Positions 36,827-49,249 of a stretch of DNA of 64,000 bases are shown one piece after another (within the stretch, counting starts at the first letter, position 1; the number at the start of each line of letters is the position of its first letter). The position numbers were made by a program, and so were the translations under genes. Source of the DNA: Dicyema japonicum (Eukaryota > Animalia > Dicyemida); NCBI GenBank assembly GCA_011109175.1, contig RDEW01000005.1:678335-742334 (forward strand), read 5' to 3'. The notes beneath the pieces were generated by a model that had not been told where the DNA came from, made no database searches, and worked only from the letters and a program-made list of their open reading frames with translations.

Positions 36827-38580
36827 ATGCCTGAATATAAAGTTAACGTAAAATGGGTGACTCAGAAATACAACGATATTCTACTAAACACCGATGAGCC
36901 ACCAATAGTATTTAAAGCTCAACTGATGACTTTGACTGATGTTGCAACTGAGAGACAGAAAGTGATCATCAAAGGAAAAATCCTCAAAGTAAAGGGACTT
37001 GTGTAATATTTAGGACGAATGGGATGGGATAATGCTCACTAACGTAAGAATAAATTAAAATATGTTTATAAATATTAAAATAATTTTTAATTAAAAAATT
37101 AAATTAATTTTCAGGGCCAATGGATCACCATGATGGGTCAACCTGGGGAACCCGAACCATTGAAGGCGTCCTCGCCGGCAAAGAAACCGACCACTCTCAT
37201 TTCTGCGGCCGACTTCAAAGCTTTGCTTCAAAATCCCCCGAGAAAGGCCCGCGAGGTAATGAAGTCCGTGAATTTCAGTTCTTTGGTCTTCATAATCACG
37301 TGAATACCTGCTATTTGAACGCTGTCCTTCAATGTCTCTGGGCGATTCCTGAAATCTGCGAAGCCTTGTTGCGTTTCCGTTAATTTCAGGTCTCAGACCG
37401 AATCGCCCTCCATTTTCACGGATTTTACGCTTTCCTGCATACTCAAACCTAAAGAATCCCAGTTTTCCAACCTCATTTTTCGTTGCACTGAATTTTGCTG
37501 ATTTCTAGAAATGGGAGAGCTGTTTCGGTCTGACAACAAGAAATCCGTGGAGACTAACCTCGTCAAGCTCATCAGCGTCCTCAGATTCTGTTTTCCTCGA
37601 TACGCCGAGCTGGACCCTGAGACCAAATTATTTCGACAGCATGTAAGCGCTGAATTGACCCCAGGACGCATCAGAACTCCTCTCAGATCTCCTTAACGTC
37701 CTCAAGGAAGGATTGGTTTTCAAGGCTCCATGTTTGAATGACAGAGATCCTATTTCATCGTTTTTCGGCGTGAAATTCAGCTCAAGGTTCGTTTTTCCGT
37801 GATTTAGAACTTTTTGTGATGACGAGGAGTTCATAACGGAGGAATCTGAGAATCAACTCTCATGTTTCATCACAAAAGAAGTCAGTTGTCTTCAGTCTTC
37901 CCTCGAAAAGGTCTTTTAATTTAATTCTAGTCTTTCACCACAACCATGAAGATTTTTCAGAGAAGCATCAAATTGAGCGGGAATTTAAGCGAATTGTAGA
38001 CCATGTGCTTAATTGCTTTGTAGAGTCTGCTCAATCGTCTCCCAGCTTATTTGATAGTCCAGTTTAACCGGTTCTGCTATCGAGAGGACACGAAGACCAA
38101 CGCCAAGATCCTGAAGCACGTGGCCTATGATGATGTCCTTGATCTGTACCGTCATTGTACTGATGAAATGAAATCACGGATGGATCCTTTCCGAGCGAAG
38201 ATGGAGGCACATCGGAAGCTCGTGTCTAGGGATGAGGTCCCGTTGAACTTTGATTCTGAGGTTCACGAGCCTTACTGGTTCGAAGATGGTGGGGGTTTGT
38301 GACTGAGATAGACATTGGGTCGAATTGTACTGGAATATACGAGTTGAGGGCAGTGGTGACCCACGTGGGGAGGACGGCGGACTCGGGACACTATGTGAGC
38401 TGGATTAAGGAATCAGGTACCCTTAGGGTGTGAATAGAAACCTCTTGGGTTGAGATGGATGACATAAACATGTATAATAGACCGTTTTCGAAGGTGGCTA
38501 AGCTGGCTGGGGGACTTGCGGATTGGCACATTGCTTATATTCTTATTTACGGACCTCGACTTATCCCCAAACAGAAGTAG
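36827..38580 (+). CDS. USP14: Ubiquitin C-terminal hydrolase 14 (Ubp6)
   Basis: UBL domain (VKW...NTDEPPIVFKAQL..LT.V..ERQKV), Cys box NTCYLNA, His box VVTHVGR.ADSGHYVSW and C-terminal DWHIAYILIYGPR. One missing G is needed in the G-run at about 38509-38513. Confidence 0.93.
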
Positions 38581-40801
38581 ACTGACTTTATGTGGTTTGT
38601 TATTTTGTGTATTTTTCTTGATTTCTTTGGGTTTTTGTATGTTTATGGTTATTTCTTGAGATAAGCACATGTGCATATTTTGCTATCGGAGAGAAGTTAG
38701 ATGCTTGACGGTTCGAGATTTCTGTGCTGTCTTTCCGCTTGAAGGTTCAGTGCGTCTTCGATGCTTAAGGGACGCCTTCATCAATGATACCTCACTGCGA
38801 AGCCAAATTGTCTACAGGGACTCGCTCGTAGCTAAAGGAAGTTGTTAAGAATTCTTTGACCCCTTCCTATGACTAATTAATCCAACTGTTCTTTCCTTCT
38901 TAAAGTGCGTGCTCTGCCTTAGTGGGGTTTACGAAAGGGAAACATTACTATTCCTCTACGTAAAGGCTGTTAACACTGGCGGAGACTGCGAATCATCAAG
39001 AACAGTGTGCATTCATAGAACCCCCACTAGGTAACATTTGTAGAACCATTACGCATCTGATTGAATGATTCCTCTGCCTTCTTCAAACCCCACGAAGCGT
39101 CAATCCGTCCAAAAACTAGTGCCTCCGTCGTAACTACCAATTGACTTAAGCAGTATCATTATGCACCTTCGCTTGAATTACGCCCCCATGTACACCCAAA
39201 CATAATTTTAAATGTCAGTCTCTTTCAGGCTTATTGATCGTTAACCAGTGATCTCAGAGTTTAGGTCCTCTGAGATTCTTAACTCCCTTTTCAGTGTTAG
39301 CAGAGTTGATCCTCGCCTTCCATCAAAGCAGCTCCGCCGTTAAGTCATTATTATATGTAAATTTACAGTCATTTGAGAATCGAAATCCAATAATTCTTTA
39401 AAATCTAAAAATGGTAGATTATCATTAACAATCCAATTCGAGGTATGACGGTCAATAATATTTCCTTCAGGTACATTCAAGTAGGTCGGTCATCAGTGGC
39501 CAGCTTCCTTTGCTAAATAACTTTTCTGCGGTTAAGGGACTCCGTTCACGCACAGTAAAAATTAGGTACAAAAATTGAGGTTTATGACGGCATGACTTCA
39601 GTTAAACAGAGCCACGAGATCTATTCATCCGACATCGACTATTTTACCGATTAACCAACAAGAAAAACGGAAAACAAGTCCTCAATCACCTTTACTCCAA
39701 TAGCATAGGGGTAAGGAAAGAAACAGATCTCTTAAAAAATCATGTCATCCGGCATATATTAGATGGTTCTTTAGTGCTGAGAGGCGAGGTAGGTTTGGGT
39801 GTAGGATTTTGGGTAGGATCCTTTTGGCAGGATACTAAAGTTGATCAAATAATCCAAAGAGACGGGAACAGCTGAATTTTGATGGTAATTAAATTAAATT
39901 TAGACCAAAAACCACCGTCATAATGTCTTCCGCTAGCACTACGGTGTAATAGCATTAGCGGACTGTGACATAATTACTAAAATTTGAATATAAGAAAAGT
40001 GAAACCTTGTGTTGATTGACGCCCACATTTGACTGTTCTAGATTGTTAACCTAATTAACGACTTTATAAGCCTAATTAACAACTTCACTCGGATATCACG
40101 GAAACAGATAGACTAGTACTCACAATACCGGTCAGTTGGGAGTCAATTTTGCTTGAAATCAACATGATTGACAGCTTCTCTGTAAATCAATATCGGAAGG
40201 ACAGATTGTAGTCGAGAGTTGTTAAATTTGAACATGTCGGTTGTATGTTTTGAAGAAATTAAATCCCTGGTGGATTTTACTTGTATTATAGGTGATTTAG
40301 GTCCTCCAATCACTTATCCTAGCATGAGTATATAATCTTCATGGGTCCACCAATGGAAAGTTAACGCGTCACGGTGATTTCTTATTAATACCTCCAGATT
40401 CAAGTGGTGCATCAGCGACCTCAACGATCTGTTGAGTTGCATCTACTAACGTCCACGAAGTACAAAATAAAATTCGATGAGACTGATATTATGGATCACC
40501 CCCTTTCATTAATGTCTTCTATTTTCGATGTTCTAGGAAAGTGACTTTTCCCATAAATCCTGGAAAACCATTACTGGGACGGGGGATACCAAATCTTAAC
40601 AGTGAACGGTTTGTTATTAATGCTAAATATGTCTAAAAACCATTATTACTGTAATATCAATAAATCACCGTTAAATTAAAAGGAAAAGTTTTGCTAAGAA
40701 AAAACGACTTTCACTAATTTTTGATAAAATTAATGTAAAATATAGATTTAAATAATTTTTAAATTTAAATAAATTTTCAAAAGAACGTTTTTGTGACTTG
40801 T

Positions 40802-41167
40802 ATGGTATCTTGTGAGAAGTTCCCCTTATTTTACAGTTTCAAAGAAGTCATTGAAGATGTCGAAGTTTATTTCAACATAACCAACATGGCAAATTTCATT
40901 ATAGTATGGATTGGAACCGAGAATATTATGTCATCCCTCTACATGAGTACCCCTCTCCCTACAGGGGACTTTCCGTCTTTTAATTTGTGGGAAAATCACG
41001 GAAACGACGTAAATAATGAATATATTGCGTCTTTTTTATCAAAAATCAGTGGAAAACAAATCTTTCTTTCAACGAGCCTTTCAAACTGCAACGAAGATAC
41101 TAACATTGTAAAATCTAAGATTGCCAACTATATTCGTAATATTGACTGTTTAAATGGTTTTTTGTAA
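40802..41167 (+). CDS. PSMG4: Proteasome assembly chaperone 4 (PAC4)-like, intronless
   Basis: About 121 aa; F.F....F.VWIG....L.MS...A..LSK..GKQIFLS.SL pattern resembling PSMG4 (recalled). Confidence 0.7.
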   Translation: MVSCEKFPLFYSFKEVIEDVEVYFNITNMANFIIVWIGTENIMSSLYMSTPLPTGDFPSFNLWENHGNDVNNEYIASFLSKISGKQIFLSTSLSNCNEDTNIVKSKIANYIRNIDCLNGFL

Positions 41168-41449
41168 AATTTGCCATCTTTATTGCCACACTAGGTACCT
41201 CACCATGTGGTAGCTCACTTGTTCATTGATTGCTACGTTAGTCACTTTGCCGTATTTGTTGTGACCTCACGGAACTACATGATTTTTTATTGTTAGCATT
41301 TACTACAGCTGTGGAGTCAGTTTAGTCCTCAAGTTATAAATTTTAGATATTCAGCAAATCTCACTTTCGTTGACAGAGATCCCACGTAGGTCGAGAGATC
41401 CAATAGCTCTTCCATTTGAAGATAGACTGTATCCATACCGTAGTCGTGC

Positions 41450-42000
41450 GGATCCTACTATGACAACCCCTGATTCTGAAGAAATGATATGGGAGGTTTG
41501 CGACCCACTATTTGTTTTTCGAAGAACATGAAGTCATGTATTTTTGTTGGAGGTGAGAATATCCAGGAGTTGATTTAAATAATCCGTTATAGATCTCAAG
41601 ATTGAGTTTCCACATAATGTAGTTAGTAGGGGGAGAGTGGCCCAGCTTGGAGAGGCATAATTAAGCCTCCTAATGAATTGCTTGTTAGACATTCTTTAGG
41701 TTGCCGTTTGAGTGACCTGCTCTTGCATGAAGAACTTCTGTTTTGCAGAGAACGTGTTTCTAAAACAGGGAGATTGGTCACAGACACTGCGAGAATGATT
41801 AATGTCTGATCACTGGAAATAGAGTAGGACTATAGTTGAATTGCTTCTGTGTGCGGTACATAAGGTTACTGATGACTTTAAAGGAGCCATCCTGTCAGAG
41901 TAAAATATTCCAGGATGAATCCTTTGGAGAAGAGTTTTGTCGGCTGAGAATGTGGTGGAGTAAAAAGAGGCCATGATTTTTCTGAGAAAGAAACCTTTAA
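41450..42000 (-). mobile_element. Decayed Ingi/Vingi-like 3' fragment
   Basis: GGTCACTCAAACGG...ACAAGCAATTCATTAGG is shared with 5228-5278; KQFIRRLNYASPSW. Confidence 0.55.
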
Positions 42001-42334
42001 GGGTGTACTCAGTAAGAATAATTGTCCCGCAAAGTAGTAGTTTTCAATACTAACCCCCACTAGGTTAGACACATTTATGGGGAGGGACCCAAGACATTAA
42101 AATATTTAAACTCCCTTCCTTTTGGTTACTCACACTGAGAATTATCCAAATCGTACCATCTCATTTTGACGAGGATTCAACCTTCATATGTTTCTTAAGG
42201 TTTTCAAATATTCAGCTATCCAAGGAAGGAACCCAGGAATAACGTCTGTTTGTGCCCACCAAATTCATCTCCAAATAGTCGCCTCATGGGCGGCATCTGT
42301 TTGATGAAAATTGACCTTCGCTGAAAGGCCCATT

Positions 42335-42410
42335 TTTGGATTCGAACCCACGACTGTCAGATACGATTTCATCAAAAGTTACGTTCAGCCAAAAGACCAC
42401 TTGGCAACTT
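42335..42410 (-). pseudogene. tRNA-derived SINE-like head
   Basis: GGGTTCGAATCC B box with a degenerate upstream A box (TGGCTGAACGT). Confidence 0.35.
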
Positions 42411-42867
42411 AAGGGATATCAACGACAACGGAACCACTAATTCTACACAAACGTTAAATTTCGGTTCAGTTTTCCGTCTCACACGTGTCTGATATTGTCA
42501 AAACTCACTAAAATATATGTATGCTAGATTCCACGCACTACCCTTACCTCCATTAGATTCCTATTAGCAGGTAACCCTTTTGCCACTTGTGAGAAATCTT
42601 TGGCTTAATTGTACGCATATTTGAGATTCTTTTGTACTGCCATTGTGGTAAATTCAAAAAACAATAAAATTGGCCTAACCCACCAGAAAGGCAATTCAAG
42701 GCAAACATACTAATCAGTGACTACTACGATTCCTGAGCCCAAACCCACGTGGCTAAAATAAAATTAAGGTTTTTGTACAACAAAGAGTTGTAACCACATA
42801 TATTAATGTTTTTGAATATGACTTTTCAAAAAACCATAAATAGCCGATAAATTATTTTAAAGCGCCG

Positions 42868-44756
42868 ATGAGTGAAACCAGCCTGTCCTATACTTTTACG
42901 ATGAATCAGTTCGAAGGTGGGCACTGTCCAACCGTCGAACTGTTTAACGAAACCATAGAGAGTGAGACGTGTGAGTTGAAGTCCTTAAATGCCCGTTTAA
43001 AAAACTATATGGATAAAACAAGGGATTCGGGAGATTCCCAGATGAAGCTGATTGAGGAGTATACAGAGGCTATGAGAAACATGACCGACCAATATAAGAG
43101 AGTCCAAACACAGGAAGAGGTGATTTACGGAAATCAGGTAAATCGACTCAACGACATTCAAATGGAGATCTTCAAAAATCGTCTTGACAACGGAAGGATA
43201 GGAAGAATGAACAGTTTAATGGAAGAAAGGTAATCGAATGCGAATATCCGCCAATTTTGTGATTCTCATTCGTAGGATTTCGGAATATAACGTGTGGAAT
43301 AAAAAAGACGACGGAAAAATCTCTAAGAACGACGAACTCCTTCAGAACGCCCAGCAAAAATAAGCGTGTTGGAGAAGAACCTGAAATCCTTAAACTCTGA
43401 AATCGCTGATAATGCCAACAAGTTCAAAATGCTCTCCAGTGAACTGGAGAACGCCGAAATGGTAAGGCTAATCGGTTAGAGCAGGATTTGATCGACCAAA
43501 GCGTCCAGAGGGCTGATTCCAAGAATAAAAATCAGTCACTGTGCGAAAAAATGGAGATGGAGAATGAAATCCACAAGATTGTATAACTCTGACTCAACTT
43601 TAGGAGAGAAATATAATGACTGAGATTGTAGATATCAGTTTTAGAGATTCTCCCGGCACATCAGCGGATCTACAGGACTGCATCGATAGAATCAAAGCGG
43701 TCTTTGAAGATCTGCTGGAAAGGGAAAAGTTAAAGCTGAATTCCCAATACGAGACCCAAGTTTAAATTCCATAAAATTGGAGGTTCAAAGTGAGAGAGGC
43801 CTAACCCTTCAAAGTGGGAGACCCCCCTGAACCGTAATGCGATGGACAAATTGGAGATTATGAATGATCGGTGTCAAAGTGACATTGAAGAAATGAATAA
43901 CAAAGTTTTCAAAGTAAAAATTCTCAGAATTCACAACTGAGAGAGAGAAACGCGGAATTGCAGAGTAAAATCCGTGAAATGGAAGACAAAATGAACCAAA
44001 TGCGGGAGGAAAGGACCTTACTTGCCGAAGAAATCCAACGACACTTCCAACCTCAAATTGATTCTATCAACTCTTTGACCAACTTTCAACGACTCCCTGA
44101 AACTCCAGCTTATGTCGTACGAGGAGCTTTTGAGGATAGAGGAGGCTCGGTAAAATCAGGCTTTATTCCAGCCTTGACTCTAAAAATAATAAAAGAGAAC
44201 AAAAAAGTGAAGCCGTGATGAAAAAACCAAGAGAAGTCGTGGAACAGGAACAAAGCGAAATGGTGGAAAGCTTCCTTCAAGAAACCATCAATGGTCAGAA
44301 ATTAATGTTACTCAAGCTCCTCTGATGAGTTCTCGGAGACCAGATCGATCGAGCTATGACAGTACAGCATATGGACGTGTTGCTATTCAAACAGTCCAGG
44401 AAGACGGGGATTGTATTCGAATCGAGAATTCAGTGGGTGGCAAGGTTATAAGTTCTACCATTTAAAGACGAGTCCCTCAGTGGGTGGAAAATAGTACAGA
44501 GAGTCGATAAAACAAGCTACACTTACACATTCAGTCAATTTTATTTGGGTCCAGGAAAATCTGTCACTGTTTGGAATAGAAAATCAAGGTTGGGCCCAGA
44601 AGACAAAGAAAATCTTATTTGGTCGAGTAAACCGGACTTTAGTAACCCAGAAAAAATCGAGACTTATTTGCTTGATCAGACTGGAAATGTAACCTATTTA
44701 TTGATTTGTAGCCAAGAGCAAAATTCATTTTGAATTTTATTCCCCAAATTAACTAA
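42868..44756 (+). CDS. Intermediate filament protein with lamin-tail domain (lamin or protostome cytoplasmic IF)
   Basis: Coil 1A motif ELKSLNARLKNYMDK; coil 2 end LMSYEELLRIEEARL; LTD motifs (GRVAIQ.V.EDG..IRIEN, LSGWKI, YTF, LGPGKSVTVW, LIW). Many introns of about 22-23 nt; one extra T near 44086. Confidence 0.82.
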
Positions 44757-44944
44757 TTACTCTTTAGTTGACTAACAACTCTTTTACGGTTTTTTATTTA
44801 ATTTTTTAATTAATAATTAATAATATTATTATTAATTAATCCGCGAATAAATTAATTTTTAAAATATGAAATTTCATAACTTTTTCAAATATTAAAATAT
44901 ATCTATAAATTTTAATAATAAATAAATAAACGTTGTTTTAACAC

Positions 44945-45185
44945 GGCCGCGTGGCACCATGTGGTGCTATGTGGTGTGTCTTGTTTGTCAAAAATTACTT
45001 TCCTTCTTTCCGATGGCGTCATTGGATCCACCTTACTGAGGAGACGCCCAATGCCTGCCCGACATCAAGAGGATCCGCCTATTTTTTCCGGAGACAATGC
45101 CGTTTCCTGGAGACAAGTTCAGGAACAAGTCAGGATCAAGGAGTTAGTTAGTTCGGTTACTCTTGGTTTTTAGAATAAATTTAAT
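44945..45185 (+). repeat. Short interspersed element copy B
   Basis: About 80% identical by eye to the reverse complement of 57190-57430; ends in CAGGATCAAGGAGTTAGTTAGTT plus an AT-rich tail. Confidence 0.8.
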
Positions 45186-47084
45186 TTAACGTGAACAAGT
45201 GCGTTTAGTGTGAATAGCTCAATAAAAATTAAAGAAATTAAAGGAATTCAGCATAATCTTGACGTAGGGTGAGACATTAGTAGATTTGACAGATTTCATT
45301 CAAGAAACTCTAAAAATTTATTTTCGACGAGGAAAAAGCCTATTTTTCACACGGTAATAAAAGACTACAGTTTTTATGTGAAGAACACGAATTAGTACTA
45401 AAAACAACAGAGGCATACCTTAGAGTCACTAATAGTTAGTCAGAACATAACAGAATTGGTACGAATTTGATCTCGAATTGTGCATTTTGTCAGGTATTTT
45501 TAGCCTATTTCACAGGCAAAGAAATTACTGAACAGGAAACCGCCAATAGCACCTATCTTAGCTATAAGACCAAGGGATCGCTGACTTAATAGACCTAATA
45601 CTCAGAAATGAATGATGGGTATGTTTACTGATATTAAAGTTTAGATTTTGGTTGTTGTGGACTCTCAAAATATGTTTTGGTTAAGTTGGCTGAAAATAGA
45701 CGAGCAGAAGAAATTGTAACGCTCTTCCAAAATGTTTTTACGTCGGATCCCCATTGATCTTAATGGGATATTTATGTCTTCGGCATCCTCGTCTAGAGGT
45801 TGTCTCGGAAAGTACTGTACGTAAGCCAAAGACATTGTCTTTGATTACAATAATACGACTCATATATCTACAAAAATACCTTTCTATATTTTTATGTAGT
45901 GATTTTAAGGTTCCGTACAAACACTAATTTTTATATTCTCCTGTATCCACTATAAGATGGACTTGATTATGAGAAATACTGCGTAGTTGAAAGAGATGAC
46001 GTACTTTAAGCTGAAAATGTAGAACGTATTGAAGGAATACATCGAGAAATAGTTAAATGATTTTGATTTTGGATGATTTTTTGTTCTGCCTAACCTATTT
46101 TTAAATAGATTCTAATAAAATGAGAAAACAGTCTTGCTTAGATCCTGGTGACCTTTTAGATCATCGAACCGATCCGACGGACTAGGTTGTCTGCTTGTGG
46201 ATCAAAGAACTCTTTAAGTGAATCCGGTTGGTTCAGAAACTGTCAATCAATTCAACGTCACCGATTATCACAACTTTCCATGAGGAACTTTAACTCTGAC
46301 TTCATCAACAGTATGATAGTTCCCATGAAAGGTCTGGTTCCAAGGAAATAGTAAGCCAACAAAGCGAGACCGCTTCTCAATGTCGACACAGCCATTCAGA
46401 TACATCACAAAGTTGTTACGAACGTCCAATAGATAACTTTCGTGAGAATCCTCTCAAGAAATGATCTAGTAAGATTGGAAAAAGTCAAATGATTTGTTTT
46501 TGTTTTGGAATTGGGTGCTTTCTCATGATGCCTCACTATTAACACGAAGAACTGAAATTCACGCTACTTAACTACCTCTGACCGGGTTGGAGACCATAGA
46601 GAAATTTTGATATGTTAGGTGGGATTTTGGTTATCAATTTCAGATTAGGAAGCACGAGGGCCGATCCCAAGTTAGAAAAGGTCAATATTTTGACTTAATA
46701 CGAGAAATAGGGAGCTATCAGGCAATGAGCAAAGCGAACAGCGCTCCTAGCATTAGTTTAACTATAATCAATGAGTTTACCTATAAGCAACCAGACTAGT
46801 AAGTCATCCTAAACTAAATGACTCATAACTCCGAAAACTTGACATAGCACCTTAAAAATGCCGCCAAATAACGAAAATTTGACTGATGCGAAAATTTTTT
46901 TATAGCGAAAATTTGACTGATACATTAGGGAGTTGATCTTGTATGAATTGGATATTGAAGCTCCATAGGCCCAAGCAGACCACGGTTACACAAACTAACT
47001 AATCACGTAATAAATATTTATAGTTTATTTAATAATAAAAATAATAAGTAAATATTAAAATGTTTAATTTTAGTATGTTATTAG

Positions 47085-47720
47085 ACTACAAGGAATACTA
47101 AATAACATATATGGATGGTTGTGCGAAAATCGACTAAATGCATGTTCTGGAAAGTCAGCAGTCACACTATTCACTAAGATAGAAAGATGGGAACGCAAAA
47201 TATTGATGTCACGTTAAATGGAGTGCCTATGCCACAAAGAAATCGCAGAAGATACTGGGAGTACGTTTTGATACTTTCTTCTGCTTCTCAACCCATCAAT
47301 CTGTGCAAAGAAGATCAATTTTATAAAATCCTTCCTTTGGGACTGTGAAGGAATTTATCCGCCAGGTATCGGGAATCTCTACAAGCAGTATATTGAGCCA
47401 ACAATAGGCTATGCGTGTGCTGCGTGGGGATCTAACCTGGCGGCAACGAACCTAATAAAACTTCAAGAGATCCAGTCAAGAGCAATAGAGTTACTGGAAA
47501 AATATACAGATAAAGAAATTTCCCCCAGAACATTCGAGTCTATCATAGAGGCAACTGGAGGCAATTTCAGAAGAGGAAGGAAAAAAAGACCCCCGTCTGT
47601 ATAGAAAATGTGTGGGGTCACGGTAGAATCATCGAGAAAAGATGAGAGATGCCGGGATCACCTGAATATTAGTTAGTGGTTAAGACAGTGTTTCGCTTAA
47701 ATAAATAAAATAAATTAATA
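47085..47720 (+). mobile_element. 5'-truncated Vingi-like LINE of the 18370-21175 subfamily
   Basis: ILGVRFD, LYKQYIEPTIGYACAAWGSNL, GGGATCACCTGAAT and a (TAAA) tail. Confidence 0.85.
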
Positions 47721-47721
47721 A

Positions 47722-49148
47722 TTAAATAAGGTCATACAATTTAAGATTTATTCGCCGAATTATTTCCCGACAATCATCAAACACCCTCTTTATATCCTCC
47801 GTATCAATGGCACACGTGTAGTGGGGGTAACAGTAGTGATTTTTATTTTGATCCACAGCAATATTCTACAGGTCATTCTGCGTCAAATACCATGAAAAGG
47901 TCACAAATGAAGTGCTTTCCCCTGACCAGCTCATTGGCTTCCGAATCTTACGAATTTTACTCACAACAAACCTACAAAGTTTTTGAAGTCAGGAAAATAA
48001 TTTCCCAGCGGATTAAGGTTCGAATTGATCAGTTTTTCGAAGAGGTCTTGTTTGTTGAGGAATAAAATAAAGGACACGTTCTTGAGCCAGCTAAAAATAA
48101 CTCAAAGGCTGGGACCGATTGTTCCACACATTCTTGAACAATTCCAGAGATTCCTGAAGACGGTTTAAGGTCGGATCCTCGTCCGTGAATTTGCAGTAAT
48201 CGCTGCAAGCGGAAATGAAAATTATGGCGGTCACATTGCTAAAACATTGGATCCACTTCTTCCTCTCATCCCTTTGGCCCCCCACGTCGAAAATGCTTTA
48301 CTATTAAATTTGGGGATACTGGAAGTGAATCTTATCGATAGAGAATTTGGTTTCGACGATTCCGGTGGTGAGAGTCCTGCAGAGGATAATATCCTTTATT
48401 ATCTCCAGCCCATACCTTGTTTGTCGGAATATAATCATCTTTCCTTATCCTCTCTGCTGAGTCGGTAAAACTAAATTCTTAGGAAATCAGAGCATTCCAA
48501 CTATTTTGAGAATTCAATGCTAGAAAATTCATCACTTATGTCGTAAGCCTTCTTTATTGCCGCGTCGTTCAATATTGAATCGATGACGTCATAGTATTTT
48601 GCCTGTAAATGTAAATATAAGGGGGACAAGTTCACTCTGACATTCTTCGCTAGGAGAACCCTCCAAATTTTTCTCGTCAAAATACTCCACAAAATCTAAA
48701 TTTTGTACGTTTTTGTTATTTTCGAAATTTATTGGGGGATCCAACTTTTTGAAATGGCATATAATCGCCTAAACTGAGTTTACCCCTATACTTTGATCGA
48801 ATAATGAAGATTCAGTCTAATTTGGGGGACGTACTCTAACCGTTCTCTAAAAGGTCATAGCAAATGTCAATTTTTGGAAAAAAAGCAAAATTAGCAAAAC
48901 TCACTTATTGGTGAATCCGTCGATGTGGATGATTCGAATTTGCTTCATGAATGTACTTTTCCCGGATTCCCCAGTCCCTGCAATTTACGAGAGCATTTGC
49001 CTAGCAGAAGAAGTCGATGGGTGTTTCTTAGAATATCTTTCTCCTTCAACAGAATCTTATCGATCCCCTTGCTGTGTTTCCTTTCGAGGATCTCATCCTC
49101 AGAAGCCCTAAAAAAACTGCAGCCGCATTTCATGCGATTTCCTAGCAT
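47722..49148 (-). CDS. GNAS: G protein alpha-s subunit
   Basis: THRLLLLG|[81 protein letters not shown]. Confidence 0.95.
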
Positions 49149-49249
49149 TTACAAATAATTCGTCATCTATAAAGGTCGATTAAAATGTCAATACATTGAT
49201 TTCCTAAAAATTACTGTTATTAATTAAATCTGTCAATTCTGAGAGTTAA

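Noticed and set aside
38510-38660. USP14 with a hydrophobic membrane-anchor tail in the uncorrected frame
   Set aside because: The conserved DWHIAYILIYGPR terminus lies in the -1 frame. The hydrophobic tail is a by-product of a T-rich 3' UTR after a G-run indel.
39400-39450. Penelope-like RT motif DNLPFLD on the minus strand
   Set aside because: An isolated short match with no other RT or GIY-YIG motifs nearby.
45035-45076. Hammerhead ribozyme suggested by CTGAGGA in the short element
   Set aside because: No GAAA core or NUH triplet in the proper stem context; an HDV-like ordering fits better.
46872-46922. Short direct repeat CGAAAATTTGACTGAT x2, and the (AAT)n run at about 50524-50545
   Set aside because: Too short and isolated to imply function; no CRISPR-like repeat-spacer periodicity anywhere in the window.
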